Source: Gemmatimonadaceae bacterium
Lineage (GTDB): Bacteria > Gemmatimonadota > Gemmatimonadetes > Gemmatimonadales > Gemmatimonadaceae
Direction: 5' to 3'
Assembly (NCBI GenBank): GCA_035646395.1
Contig: DASRPK010000118.1
Location: forward strand, 5,920 to 69,919
Length of the DNA stretch: 64,000 nt
Positions 17,516 through 26,594 of the stretch are shown piece by piece. The notes under the pieces were generated by a model, which saw only the letters and a program-made list of their open reading frames with translations, was not told where the DNA came from and searched no databases. Made by a program: the position numbers and the translations under genes. Position 1 is the stretch's first letter; every line of letters begins with the position of its first letter.

Positions 17516-19012
17516 ATGCGGGTGCGGGGCCGACTCCTTCTGCTTTCATTTTTTGCCCTGGCCGCCTGCTCCGATTCGCGCGGCTCTTCAGGGACTGATG
17601 TCGCCGCGTTTGGTGCCGCGTACGGCCAGGACCCTATTGCCCTTCGCGTAGGTCGTGGTGGCGGTCGCGTGCGCGCCTATCAGTATCCGCGCCTCGATTC
17701 CATGATCTGGACTTCGACGCAGTCTATCGGCAGCCAGGCGCGCATCCTTGCGTTTGACCCGGAAAACGGCCTCGAGGCGTACGTCGATCGCGCTGGTGTC
17801 CCGGGCTGGGTGGATCTCCGCGTCGGCACGGTCAAGCCGAGCAGGACGTCGAAGATGACGATGCTGACGTCCGTCGACGCCTGGTCGATCTTCAGCGTCG
17901 TCCGCGATACGCTGGTTCATAGGTCGACACCGAGCGGCGAGTGGGAACTGCGCGTGGCCGAGCCGGTGCGTGCGCTCTTCCCGGTCGCGGACGGCGGCTT
18001 GATCGTGTTGTCGACAGCTGACGACCGGTCGATGTTGCGCCGTCTCCGTCCACCGGAGCGCACGGTGCTGGATTCCGCGTCCATCGCCACACCAACGCAT
18101 ACGGTGGTCTCGCCATTAGGCGACCGCATCTACCTCGCCTACGGCCGTGACGTCGCCGCGCTGAACGCCACCACGTTTGCAGAGGTGGGCCGGGTGCAAT
18201 TCGACGGGCCGATCGTCGCCCTCACCACGACACCTTCCGGTGACCGCGTTTTTGTCGCCATCGAAGGCTCGCTCGAATTGGCCATACTCGACCGCTACAG
18301 CGGCGAGCGGACGGACGCGGTGCGCCTGCCGGGGCGGGTCAAGGGACTGCGCGTCGACCCGTTAGGCAGGCTTTTGCTCGCCCGCCCCGACACCGGGGAC
18401 TCGGTGTGGGTCATCGACGTCGGCACGAATCGCCGGGTGACCACCCTGGCCACTCCGTGGCGTGACGACCTGCCGAATGTCGCGCCGGACGGGGCGGTGG
18501 CGACGATCAGCGGCAACGATGTTCACTTCACGGTCCCCGGGCACGAGCGGCCGCGCATCATCGTGCGCGACGGTGCGAGGGAAATCTGGCACTTCGTGTT
18601 CTGGAACGGCTTCCGGCCGAGAGCCTCGGGACTGGACCTGCCCGTCGTCTTCCCCGTTGACACGCTCTATTACGCCGAACCGCTGAGCGACTCGCTGTCG
18701 ACACTGCCACCGGTTCCCCTCGACACAACGGCGGAGCGCCCACAGGTGGTGCTGCCTGACACGACGGTCCGCAGGCCGCCGGTGACGACCGTGTGGAGCG
18801 TGCAACTTGCGGCGGTCCTTTCCGAGGATCGAGCGCGTGAAATCGCGGCCACCATCCGGGTCGATGGTGCGACGCCCCGGGTTGTTGTCGCCACGGTCGA
18901 CGGCACGCGTGTCTACCGGGTCGTGATGGGGCCGTTCAACTCGCGCGCGGAGGCCGACCGCGTCGGGCGGGAATCGGGCCGGGATTACTGGGTTTTCGAG
19001 GGAGTGCCGTGA
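17516..19012 (+). CDS. SPOR domain-containing lipoprotein
   Basis: Lipobox LLSFFALAAC. The central region looks beta-propeller-like. C-terminal VWSVQLAAVLSEDRAREIAATIRVDG...YRVVMGPFNSRAEADRV is a SPOR domain. Confidence 0.65.
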   Translation: MRVRGRLLLLSFFALAACSDSRGSSGTDVAAFGAAYGQDPIALRVGRGGGRVRAYQYPRLDSMIWTSTQSIGSQARILAFDPENGLEAYVDRAGVPGWVDLRVGTVKPSRTSKMTMLTSVDAWSIFSVVRDTLVHRSTPSGEWELRVAEPVRALFPVADGGLIVLSTADDRSMLRRLRPPERTVLDSASIATPTHTVVSPLGDRIYLAYGRDVAALNATTFAEVGRVQFDGPIVALTTTPSGDRVFVAIEGSLELAILDRYSGERTDAVRLPGRVKGLRVDPLGRLLLARPDTGDSVWVIDVGTNRRVTTLATPWRDDLPNVAPDGAVATISGNDVHFTVPGHERPRIIVRDGAREIWHFVFWNGFRPRASGLDLPVVFPVDTLYYAEPLSDSLSTLPPVPLDTTAERPQVVLPDTTVRRPPVTTVWSVQLAAVLSEDRAREIAATIRVDGATPRVVVATVDGTRVYRVVMGPFNSRAEADRVGRESGRDYWVFEGVP

Positions 19013-20295
19013 GGGATGCCGACCGGGCCGTCCCCGTTCCGGGTGGGCCCTTCGGCGACCGGTCTGCCGTAGCCATCGTCGGTGAAAGCCTGGCCGACGT
19101 TGCTCGTGAGGCGCTGAAGATGGCCCGCGTGGAGTCGAAGTCGCGGCCGGTGCTGCTGGTCGACCTCCTCGGCCAGGGGAGTGCGCTGGACGAAATGTTC
19201 GGCGACGATGATCCGCATGGCGTTTCTGACGCCGCGCGATACGGGATCTCGCTGAACCGTGTTGCCCGCGAAGTGCCTGACGCCGACAGCCTTTTTGTGG
19301 TGTCGGGCGGTGCGGAATCGCCATTCGCCGACGACGTGCTGTCGAATCGCATCTGGGGATCGTGGTCCGATCAATGTCGAAGAGCCGGCGCGTTGCTGGT
19401 GGTCGCCGCTCCCGCAGACCTGCAGGACGTGGAAAAGGCGATCGACCAGCTCGATGGCCTCTTCATGATCGGGGATGCCGCGGCGCCGTCCACCCACGTG
19501 CCGCTGATCGGTCGAGTGTCCGGAACACTTCCGGTTCCGACGGTGGAAGCGCCGTCGGAAGTCGTGCTGCCGGCCGCCGAGCAGGCGGCTGTCGACGTCA
19601 CGCCGATCACCCCGAAGCGCGTCAATCGGGCAATGCAGGTCGCAGTTGCCGCAGTGGCGCTCGCGGGAGTGGCGGCGGGTGCGTGGTGGGCGAACGGCAA
19701 GATCCAGGAACAGCGGAGCGGTTCCACTCCGCAGGTCGCTGCTGTCGGTGAGCCGATCATCATGCCGGGAGACCCGACGTCGGACAGTGCGCGTGGTGTC
19801 GCGGCAGGCCTGCCGGTCGGCGCGGTCCCGTGGTCCGTGGAACTGGCGAGCGTCAACACGATCAATGGCGCCATGGCGCGTGTTCGTCAGGCGCTCGATT
19901 CCCTGCCCGTTCCGACCTTCGCGGCCACGCAACCTGGCGGCGGCGCGATCTGGTATCGCCTTCGGGCCGGCGCCTTCACCACCAGCGAACAGGCGGATTC
20001 GCTCCTGGCTTCCTTACGCGAACGCGGAGCGATCGAACCAGCGGCAGGTCGTGTCGTGCAGGCGCCGTTGGCGTGGTTGCTCGAGGAAAACGTGCTCGAG
20101 GAGCAGCTTTCGGTGCGATTGTTCCTCTGGCGGCAGCAAGGACTGCCGGCGTATGCGCTTTTCGACCGGAATGGCACGACACGGATCTATTTTGGTGCGT
20201 TCGAAAACGAGGCGGAGGCGCGCCTGCTGACGCCCATGCTCGACAGTCTCAACCTTTACGCGACCCTCGTGACGAGGATCGGGAGTGTTCGTTAG
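19009..20295 (+). CDS. SPOR domain-containing membrane protein with a degenerate P-loop-like N-terminal domain
   Basis: GTGA overlap with the upstream gene. One TM segment (AVAAVALAGVAAGAWWA). C-terminal WSVELASVNT...WYRLRAGAFTTSEQADSLLASL is SPOR-like. The N-terminal AIVGESLADVA...RPVLLVDLLGQGSALDEMFG resembles MinD/BY-kinase folds but has no intact Walker A. Confidence 0.55.
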   Translation: MRDADRAVPVPGGPFGDRSAVAIVGESLADVAREALKMARVESKSRPVLLVDLLGQGSALDEMFGDDDPHGVSDAARYGISLNRVAREVPDADSLFVVSGGAESPFADDVLSNRIWGSWSDQCRRAGALLVVAAPADLQDVEKAIDQLDGLFMIGDAAAPSTHVPLIGRVSGTLPVPTVEAPSEVVLPAAEQAAVDVTPITPKRVNRAMQVAVAAVALAGVAAGAWWANGKIQEQRSGSTPQVAAVGEPIIMPGDPTSDSARGVAAGLPVGAVPWSVELASVNTINGAMARVRQALDSLPVPTFAATQPGGGAIWYRLRAGAFTTSEQADSLLASLRERGAIEPAAGRVVQAPLAWLLEENVLEEQLSVRLFLWRQQGLPAYALFDRNGTTRIYFGAFENEAEARLLTPMLDSLNLYATLVTRIGSVR

Positions 20296-23200
20296 GTGCG
20301 CCTGACCAGGCTCGAGATGCATGGCTTCAAGTCGTTCGCGGACCAGACCTCGATGCTGTTCGACGACGGCGTCACCGCTATCGTCGGTCCCAACGGCTGC
20401 GGAAAGTCCAACGTGTCAGATGCCGTACGGTGGGTGCTGGGCGAGCAGCGAGCGCGCGTGCTTCGCGGAGCCAAGATGGAAGAGGTGATCTTCCAGGGCT
20501 CCTCGGCGCGGCGCGCCGTGAACGTCTCCGAGGTGTCGCTGGTCTTCTCGAACGATGAAGGCGTGCTCCCGACACCGTTCCGCGAAGTTGTCGTCACGCG
20601 ACGGCTCTCGCGGTCCGGGGAGAGCGAATACCTGCTGAACGGCGCCGCCTGCCGCCTGCGTGACATTCACGACATGATGCGCGGAACTGGACTGGGCGCC
20701 GATGCCGGCGTGGTGATCGAGCAGCGGATGATCGATGCCCTGCTCTCCGACCGCCCCGACGACCGGAGAGAACTCTTCGAGGAAGCGGCAGGCGTGGGAC
20801 TCTACCGGGATCGCCGGCGCAACACGGAACGCCGGCTGGAGGAGACCGCGCAGGACCTGGCGCGTCTCGACGACCTGCTCGGCGAGGTTCAGAGCCAGGT
20901 GCGGTCGCTGTCCCGCCAGCGGAAACGTGCGGAACGGCACTCGGAGCTCATGGAGCGTCGATTTGCCGTCGACCTCACGCTCGCCTCGCGCGACATGGCG
21001 TCCTGGCGCGAGGAACTGGCCCAGCTCGAAGTGAAGCTCGTGGAGCTGCGCGAGGCGGTGCCGCAGGTCGAGGAGCGCGTCCGGCAGTCCGAGCGTTCTC
21101 GCGACGAGGCGCATACCGAGCGTGCGGCCAGCGACACCACTCGCAACGAGCTCTCCCGCCAGGCCGGTTTTGTGCGCGAGGCGGTCCAGGCGTTGCGCGC
21201 GGAAATCGCCGTCGCCAGCGAGCGGCATCGCAACGCGATGGAGCGACGCCATCGCGCGGAAGATGAACGACGCGAGGGGACCGAGACGGGCAGCCGGCTG
21301 GATCGCGAACTCGCCGCCGCCGCCGCGGAATGCGCGGAGCTGGAACGGATCCTCGGCGAAGCGCGGACTGAAGCCGAGGCACGTGCCAGGGCGGAGTCGG
21401 AAGCCCGGGAAGCCGTGCGCATGGCGCGGGAAGACGCCGAACAGTCGGAGCGCATGTCGCGTGAGGCGCGCGACCAGATGCGAACCATCGTCGCGGACCG
21501 CGAATCCGCGCAGCGCGAGCTCACCGAGCTGGAAACGCGCACGCGCGCGCTGGATGCAGAGCGCGGACAGTTGAACGAGGCCGCCGAAGTTCTCGCACGT
21601 GAGATTCGCAGCGCCCGCGAAACGGCCGATGCGGCCCGCGCCAGCGTCGAACGGGCGCAGGCCGCCCTCGACGAAGCCCGCCTTGCCGCGCTTGCCGCAC
21701 GCGAGGGCGATGCCACTGCACGAGCGGAGCTGGGGCGCATTGAGGACCTGTACACGGCCGTCGAAGGTCGTGTCTTTGGCCTGGAGCGCCTGGAGCGCGA
21801 GCGTGTCGGACTTGCTCCAGCCGCCGCCCGACTGCTCGAAGAGCGCGACACGTTTGGCCAGGGCGCGATTATCGGACCGCTCTCGGACTTTGTGACGGCG
21901 ACCGCCAACGCGGCGGCGTCGATCGAGCGGTTCCTTGGCATGACCGTACATGCAGTGCTCGTGCGCGACCGCGCCGTTGCGGACGCCATCCGTGAATGGC
22001 ATGCGGCCACCGGCCCCGGTCCGCTGCTCCTCCTTCCGCTTGACGCAGTGAACGTCAGGCCCCGGGTGGATTCCGATGATCTTGTTGACCAGCTCCAGCT
22101 CGCGCCGGAAGCAGCGGGATGGGCGCGCATCCTTCTCGAGCGTGTGAAATCACTCGAGGACGGATCGTTCATCGACAAGCGAGGAGCGGTCTGGCTTCCG
22201 GGTCCGTCAGCCGGCCCGGGACCACTGCGTCGCCGCGCCGAGTTGGCGACGTTGCGCGAAGAACTCGCCGCTGCCGATGAATCGCGCCGGGCCGCCGCTG
22301 CTGCAACGGAAGTAGCCCGTGCCCGTCTTCAGGAGGCGGAAGCCGCCGTGGTGGCGGCAGCTGACGCATCGCACGCCGCGCATAACGTGGAACGCCACGA
22401 CCGCGAAGCGCTCGCTGAACTCGAGCGCCGTCATGCACGCTACGAGCGCGAACTGTACGAGTCGCGTTCACAATCGGCGCAGCTGTCGAGCCGCATCGAG
22501 GCGCTCGAAGCCCACGTCCGCATGATCGACGATTCGGAAGCGCACGCGCGGTCGGCGGCCGCCGGCCACGACGCGCGGGCCACGCAGTTGCGCGACGGAC
22601 TCGCGTCGGCGGAAGCGCGGATGGACGCCGCACGCGACCGCCGGAGTGACAGCCAGGTGGCGCTGGCGCAGGCGCAGGCGCGGTTGCAGGTCGCCCTTGA
22701 CCGGAAACAGCGTTTCGCCGAAGAGCGCGATTCGGCAAACAGCCGGCTCGCGACGTTGAACTCGGAACTGACCCAGATCGAGGAGGCAGATCGCGAGCTC
22801 GCCGCGCAGATGAACACGTGGCAGCTCGACCTGGAGGCGCGGGTAGGCGAGCTCGCGGCCGCGGATGCGCGTCTCGCCGCCGCCGAAGCCGCGGTGGCCG
22901 AGGCGAACGACCGGGTAGCGCGTTCGGAGCATGAGCTCGACGCCGCGCGCGCCGCATCGCAGCACCACGGCGAAAGCCTGCATAACGCGCAGCTCCGGTT
23001 CACCGAACTGTCAGGTCGTCGCACGGCGATCCGGGAACGGCTCGAGGCCGAGTGGCGGCGTCCGCTGGACGAACTGATGTCGACGGTCCAGCCGCTGGAC
23101 CTCGACGACGATGCCCTGCGGGCCGAGGCGATGGCGTTGCAACAGCAGGTCGACGCGTTAGGCCCCGTGAATCCGCTGGCGATCGAGGAGCACGACGAAG

Positions 23201-23853
23201 AGGTCAAGCGGTTCGACTTCCTGTCGAACCAGCGCGCGGACCTGAACGACGCGAAGAATTCGCTGCAGACCGCCATTCGCGAAATCGACGCGACGGCACG
23301 GGACATGTTCCTGTCGACGTTCACGCAGGTGCGCGAGAATTTCCGGCACATCTTCATGACGCTGTTCGGCGGCGGCGAGTGCGACCTTCGCCTCGAGAAT
23401 CCCGACCTGCCACTCGATTGCGACATCGAAGTGCACGCGTCTCCGCGTGGCAAGCGCACGCAGCGCATCCACCTGCTCTCGAGCGGTGAACGCGCGCTGG
23501 TCGCATTGTCGCTGCTGTTCGGCATCTTCCTGACCAAACCGAGCCCGTTCTGCCTGCTGGACGAGGTCGACGCCCCGCTCGACGACGCGAACATCGGCCG
23601 GTTCGTGCGGATGCTCAACGAGTTCAAGCAGAAGACGCAGTTCATCGTGATCACGCACAACCCGCGGACCACGACCGAAGCCGCCGACGCGGTGTACGGC
23701 ATCACGATGCAGGAGCCGGGTGTGTCGTCGGTGGTCAGCGTGCGCATGCGGGGGCCGAATCTCGATGATACGAGCCGGGATGAGGATGAACCGGCTGACA
23801 GCGCTATCGCACTCGACCCACCTCCGTCAGCGGAAGTATTGACGTCGCTATGA
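20296..23853 (+). CDS. smc: chromosome segregation protein SMC
   Basis: 1185 aa. N-terminal MRLTRLEMHGFKSFADQT...IVGPNGCGKSN (Walker A), long coiled coils, hinge, C-terminal LSGGERALVALSLLFGIF...FCLLDEVDAPLDDAN. GTG start directly after the upstream TAG. Confidence 0.95.
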   Translation: MRLTRLEMHGFKSFADQTSMLFDDGVTAIVGPNGCGKSNVSDAVRWVLGEQRARVLRGAKMEEVIFQGSSARRAVNVSEVSLVFSNDEGVLPTPFREVVVTRRLSRSGESEYLLNGAACRLRDIHDMMRGTGLGADAGVVIEQRMIDALLSDRPDDRRELFEEAAGVGLYRDRRRNTERRLEETAQDLARLDDLLGEVQSQVRSLSRQRKRAERHSELMERRFAVDLTLASRDMASWREELAQLEVKLVELREAVPQVEERVRQSERSRDEAHTERAASDTTRNELSRQAGFVREAVQALRAEIAVASERHRNAMERRHRAEDERREGTETGSRLDRELAAAAAECAELERILGEARTEAEARARAESEAREAVRMAREDAEQSERMSREARDQMRTIVADRESAQRELTELETRTRALDAERGQLNEAAEVLAREIRSARETADAARASVERAQAALDEARLAALAAREGDATARAELGRIEDLYTAVEGRVFGLERLERERVGLAPAAARLLEERDTFGQGAIIGPLSDFVTATANAAASIERFLGMTVHAVLVRDRAVADAIREWHAATGPGPLLLLPLDAVNVRPRVDSDDLVDQLQLAPEAAGWARILLERVKSLEDGSFIDKRGAVWLPGPSAGPGPLRRRAELATLREELAAADESRRAAAAATEVARARLQEAEAAVVAAADASHAAHNVERHDREALAELERRHARYERELYESRSQSAQLSSRIEALEAHVRMIDDSEAHARSAAAGHDARATQLRDGLASAEARMDAARDRRSDSQVALAQAQARLQVALDRKQRFAEERDSANSRLATLNSELTQIEEADRELAAQMNTWQLDLEARVGELAAADARLAAAEAAVAEANDRVARSEHELDAARAASQHHGESLHNAQLRFTELSGRRTAIRERLEAEWRRPLDELMSTVQPLDLDDDALRAEAMALQQQVDALGPVNPLAIEEHDEEVKRFDFLSNQRADLNDAKNSLQTAIREIDATARDMFLSTFTQVRENFRHIFMTLFGGGECDLRLENPDLPLDCDIEVHASPRGKRTQRIHLLSSGERALVALSLLFGIFLTKPSPFCLLDEVDAPLDDANIGRFVRMLNEFKQKTQFIVITHNPRTTTEAADAVYGITMQEPGVSSVVSVRMRGPNLDDTSRDEDEPADSAIALDPPPSAEVLTSL

Positions 23854-23860
23854 GCACAGC

Positions 23861-23936
23861 GGACGTGGGAGATGGGACGTGGGAGGAAGCTGATCACGTC
23901 TGATCAGGTTTCTCCCACATCCCACGTCCCACGTCC
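23861..23936. repeat. GGGACGT/GGGAGAT heptamer-armed hairpin, 3' of smc
   Basis: ggacgtgggagatgggacgtgggaggaagctgatca cgtc tgatcaggtttctcccacatcccacgtcccacgtcc. About 30 of 36 arm positions pair by hand alignment. Confidence 0.8.
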
Positions 23937-23939
23937 AGC

Positions 23940-24707
23940 ATGAAAATCACGACGATCGGTACCGGCACCGCCGCCCCGCATGCAAAACGCGCGCAGGCCG
24001 GCACGCTGATCGAAATCGGGGACGTTCGTCTGCTGATCGACTGCGGCAGCGCCGTGGTGCTGCGGATGGCGGAACTGGGACTCCCGTGGCAGCGGATCAC
24101 GCATGTCGCGATCACGCACTTTCATGCGGATCACACCACCGACCTGGCGAACCTCATCTACGCCTGGCGCCATGGGCAACTGCCGCCGAGACCTGAACCG
24201 GTCGAATTGATCGGCCCCCCGGGGTTTGCGAAACTCGTCGACTCCATGAAGGTGACGTTTGGAGATTCCCTCCTGGACAATCCACCGCCCATTTCGATCA
24301 TCGAATTGCCGATGGGCGTGAATCGATCACTGGCGGATGACGTGGTGTTGCACCGTCACAAGGTTCCGCACACCGACGAGAGTGTGGCATATTCCGTCAG
24401 CGGACGCGGCCGGCGGGTGGTTGTTTCAGGTGACACGGGATTCCATCCGGGGCTGGGCGTGTGGGCGGAAGGCTCTGACGTGCTGCTGTGCGAGTGCTCG
24501 TTGCCCGATGCAATGGCCCTGCCCACGCACCTGACGCCTCGCCAGTGCGGTCTCATCGCGGCGATCGCACAGCCGAAGCATCTGGTGCTCACGCATTTTT
24601 ATCCGCCGGTGGAAGCTGAGGACATCCTGGCGCAGGTCGCCGAACATTTCGGTGGACCGGTGGTGTGCAGCCACGATGGGTGGTCACTGGAACTCGAGGA
24701 GACGTAA
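23940..24707 (+). CDS. MBL-fold metallo-hydrolase (RNase Z-like)
   Basis: [12 protein letters not shown] (HxHxDH) and the downstream SGDTG / LTHFYP motifs. Confidence 0.7.
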   Translation: MKITTIGTGTAAPHAKRAQAGTLIEIGDVRLLIDCGSAVVLRMAELGLPWQRITHVAITHFHADHTTDLANLIYAWRHGQLPPRPEPVELIGPPGFAKLVDSMKVTFGDSLLDNPPPISIIELPMGVNRSLADDVVLHRHKVPHTDESVAYSVSGRGRRVVVSGDTGFHPGLGVWAEGSDVLLCECSLPDAMALPTHLTPRQCGLIAAIAQPKHLVLTHFYPPVEAEDILAQVAEHFGGPVVCSHDGWSLELEET

Positions 24708-25759
24708 TGCTTGTCGTTATGCATCACGGGGCGACTGGGGCGGAGATCGAAACCGTCTGCCAGGCGATCCGCGACATGGGGTTTCAGCCGGTGCCGATGC
24801 CGGGGGAACAGCGCACAGCCGTCGGGTTGATCGGGAACGACGGACCGGTTGATGACTCGAACGTCGTGGGACTGCCGGGCGTCGCGCAGGTGCTCCACGT
24901 GTCGAAACCGTACAAGCAGGTTTCGCGCGAGTGGAAAGCCGACACGACCCTGGTGAACCTCGGTCGTGGTGTCGTCGTTGGCGGCAAGGATGTCGTCGTA
25001 ATTGCCGGCCCCTGCTCGGTAGAGTCCGAGGAGCAGATCATCGCCTCCGCGCGCGCGGTGCGTGCCGCGGGAGCCACGGCGCTGCGCGGTGGCGCGTTCA
25101 AGCCGAGGAGTTCTCCCTACTCGTTCCAGGGGCTGGGCAAGCGAGGGCTGGAACTGCTGGCCCTCGCCAGGCAGGAAACCGGGCTTCCGATCGTGACCGA
25201 GGCGATGGACGAAGCGGGTGCGGAGCTCGTCGCCGAATACGCGGATTGTATCCAGCTCGGCGCGCGCAACATGCAGAACTACTCGCTGCTCCGGGCGGTG
25301 GGGCGGATGAAAAAACCCGTCCTGCTCAAGCGTGGGCTCGCCGCCACCATCACCGACCTCCTGCTCAGCGCGGAGTACATCCTCGCCGCCGGCAATTCAC
25401 AGGTGATCCTGTGCGAACGCGGCGTGCGCACGTTCGATAGCGCAGCGCGAAACATGTTCGACCTGAACGCCATCCCGATCGTGCAACGGCTTTCACACCT
25501 GCCGATCATTGCCGATCCGAGTCACGGCACGGGGCTGCGCGAAAAGGTCACGCCGATGGCGCGCGCCGCGGTCGCCGCCGGCGCGGACGGCATCATCGTG
25601 GAAGTGCACCCGAATCCCGACCGGGCCAAGTCGGATGGTGCGCAGAGTTTGTTCCCGGAACAATTCGCACAACTCATGGAGGCCTTGCGCCTCATCGCCG
25701 GTGCGATCGACCGGAACATCGCCGCCAGCCCTGCGCAGGTGGAACTGGGAGTGGCCTGA
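24707..25759 (+). CDS. 3-deoxy-7-phosphoheptulonate (DAHP) synthase, type I-beta with N-terminal regulatory domain
   Basis: TAATG overlap and GGAGGAG upstream. [26 protein letters not shown] is the ACT/FL-like domain. Then [12 protein letters not shown]...[23 protein letters not shown]...ADPSHGTG. Confidence 0.85.
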   Translation: MLVVMHHGATGAEIETVCQAIRDMGFQPVPMPGEQRTAVGLIGNDGPVDDSNVVGLPGVAQVLHVSKPYKQVSREWKADTTLVNLGRGVVVGGKDVVVIAGPCSVESEEQIIASARAVRAAGATALRGGAFKPRSSPYSFQGLGKRGLELLALARQETGLPIVTEAMDEAGAELVAEYADCIQLGARNMQNYSLLRAVGRMKKPVLLKRGLAATITDLLLSAEYILAAGNSQVILCERGVRTFDSAARNMFDLNAIPIVQRLSHLPIIADPSHGTGLREKVTPMARAAVAAGADGIIVEVHPNPDRAKSDGAQSLFPEQFAQLMEALRLIAGAIDRNIAASPAQVELGVA

Positions 25760-25820
25760 GGAATACCATTTTCAGGCCGGTTCGCAGACGAGCCGGCCAT
25801 CTCCCAAGCAAGCGCTGAAC

Positions 25821-26444
25821 ATGCTGCTACTTCCAATGCTGGTTTCCGTTGTGCTGCAGTCTCCCGCTGATCATGCGATCGACGCGGCGGTGAAGGCGTA
25901 CGCCAACGTGCGGACGGCCAAGGCGTCATTCGAGCAGACGATCACGAACCCGTTGCTCGGCTCCACGTTGCGCTCGAAGGGCGAGTTCGAGCAGTCGCGG
26001 CCGAACCGCTTTGCGTTCCGATTCACGGATCCGAAAGGCGACGTCATCATCTGTGATGGCAAGTATGTGTGGGCCTACCTGCCAACCTCCGCGCCGGGGC
26101 GGGTGAACCGCATGCCGTGCGGCGCAGGGTCTCTGGACCTGATCGGTGAGTTTTTCACGAACCCGAAGGATCGCTACACCATCGGTGATGGGGGGGCTGC
26201 AACGCTTGGCGATCGCAAGGCGCACGTGGTCCTGCTCACGCCCAAATCGAAGGACGCTGCCTTCACACGCGCCAAGGTATGGGTCGAGCCCACGACCGGC
26301 GCGCTGGTACAATTCGAGGCAGTGGAGCCTAACGGGGTGACACGGCTGGTCCGCATCACGAAGTTCACGCCGAACGCCGCGGTGAACGAGAGCGCGTTCA
26401 AGTTTACGGTACCGCGCGGCGTTCAGGTCGTGGATATCAAGTAG
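25821..26444 (+). CDS. LolA-like outer-membrane lipoprotein carrier protein
   Basis: From ATG 25821: ANVRTAKASFEQTITNPLLGSTLRSKGEFEQSRPNRFAFRFTDPKGDVIICDGKYVWAYLP follows the LolA pattern. The upstream 104 aa of the ORF-track version overlap the DAHP synthase gene and are discarded. Confidence 0.65.
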   Translation: MLLLPMLVSVVLQSPADHAIDAAVKAYANVRTAKASFEQTITNPLLGSTLRSKGEFEQSRPNRFAFRFTDPKGDVIICDGKYVWAYLPTSAPGRVNRMPCGAGSLDLIGEFFTNPKDRYTIGDGGAATLGDRKAHVVLLTPKSKDAAFTRAKVWVEPTTGALVQFEAVEPNGVTRLVRITKFTPNAAVNESAFKFTVPRGVQVVDIK

Positions 26445-26594
26445 ACGAGGAAGCAGGAAGCAGGAAGCAGGAAGCAGGGAAGGATTGAGGGCCCGCGGCT
26501 ATCGCTCGCGGGCCCTCGAATTTTCACGTTTCGTTCCTTCCTGCTTCCTGCTTCCTGCCTCTGCCTCCTGCTTCCTGCTTTCTGCTTCCTGCTT
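26445..26594. repeat. GCAGGAA-armed nested hairpin with GAGGGCCCG core, filling the LolA-like / S41 protease convergent spacer
   Basis: acgaggaagcaggaagcaggaagcaggaagcagggaaggattgagggcccgcg gctatcgct cgcgggccctcgaa...ttccttcctgcttcctgcttcctgcc... Confidence 0.85.

Noticed and set aside
20416-23897. Very long antisense ORFs opposite smc (20416-22002, 20889-22178, 22169-22957, 22440-23897). Similar cases lie opposite the HPt-like gene (3647-4792, 4354-5259), hyuA (34943-36454) and arginase (57472-58479).
   Set aside because: These are typical shadow ORFs of high-GC genes. They are Arg/Ala/Ser/Pro-rich with no recognisable motifs, and the sense strand carries unmistakable conserved domains. None is reported as a gene.
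25509-25820. A 311-aa ORF-track version of the LolA-like gene starting inside the DAHP synthase gene.
   Set aside because: The first 104 aa overlap aroF-type coding sequence in another frame and are Arg/Pro/Ser-rich. LolA-like similarity begins only after the ATG at 25821.
26445-26594. Possible CRISPR arrays at the tandem-repeat loci (also 17371-17481, 60910-60969, 58054-58088).
   Set aside because: The repeat units are only 7-8 nt, directly abutting with no spacers, and no cas genes are nearby. This is not CRISPR architecture.
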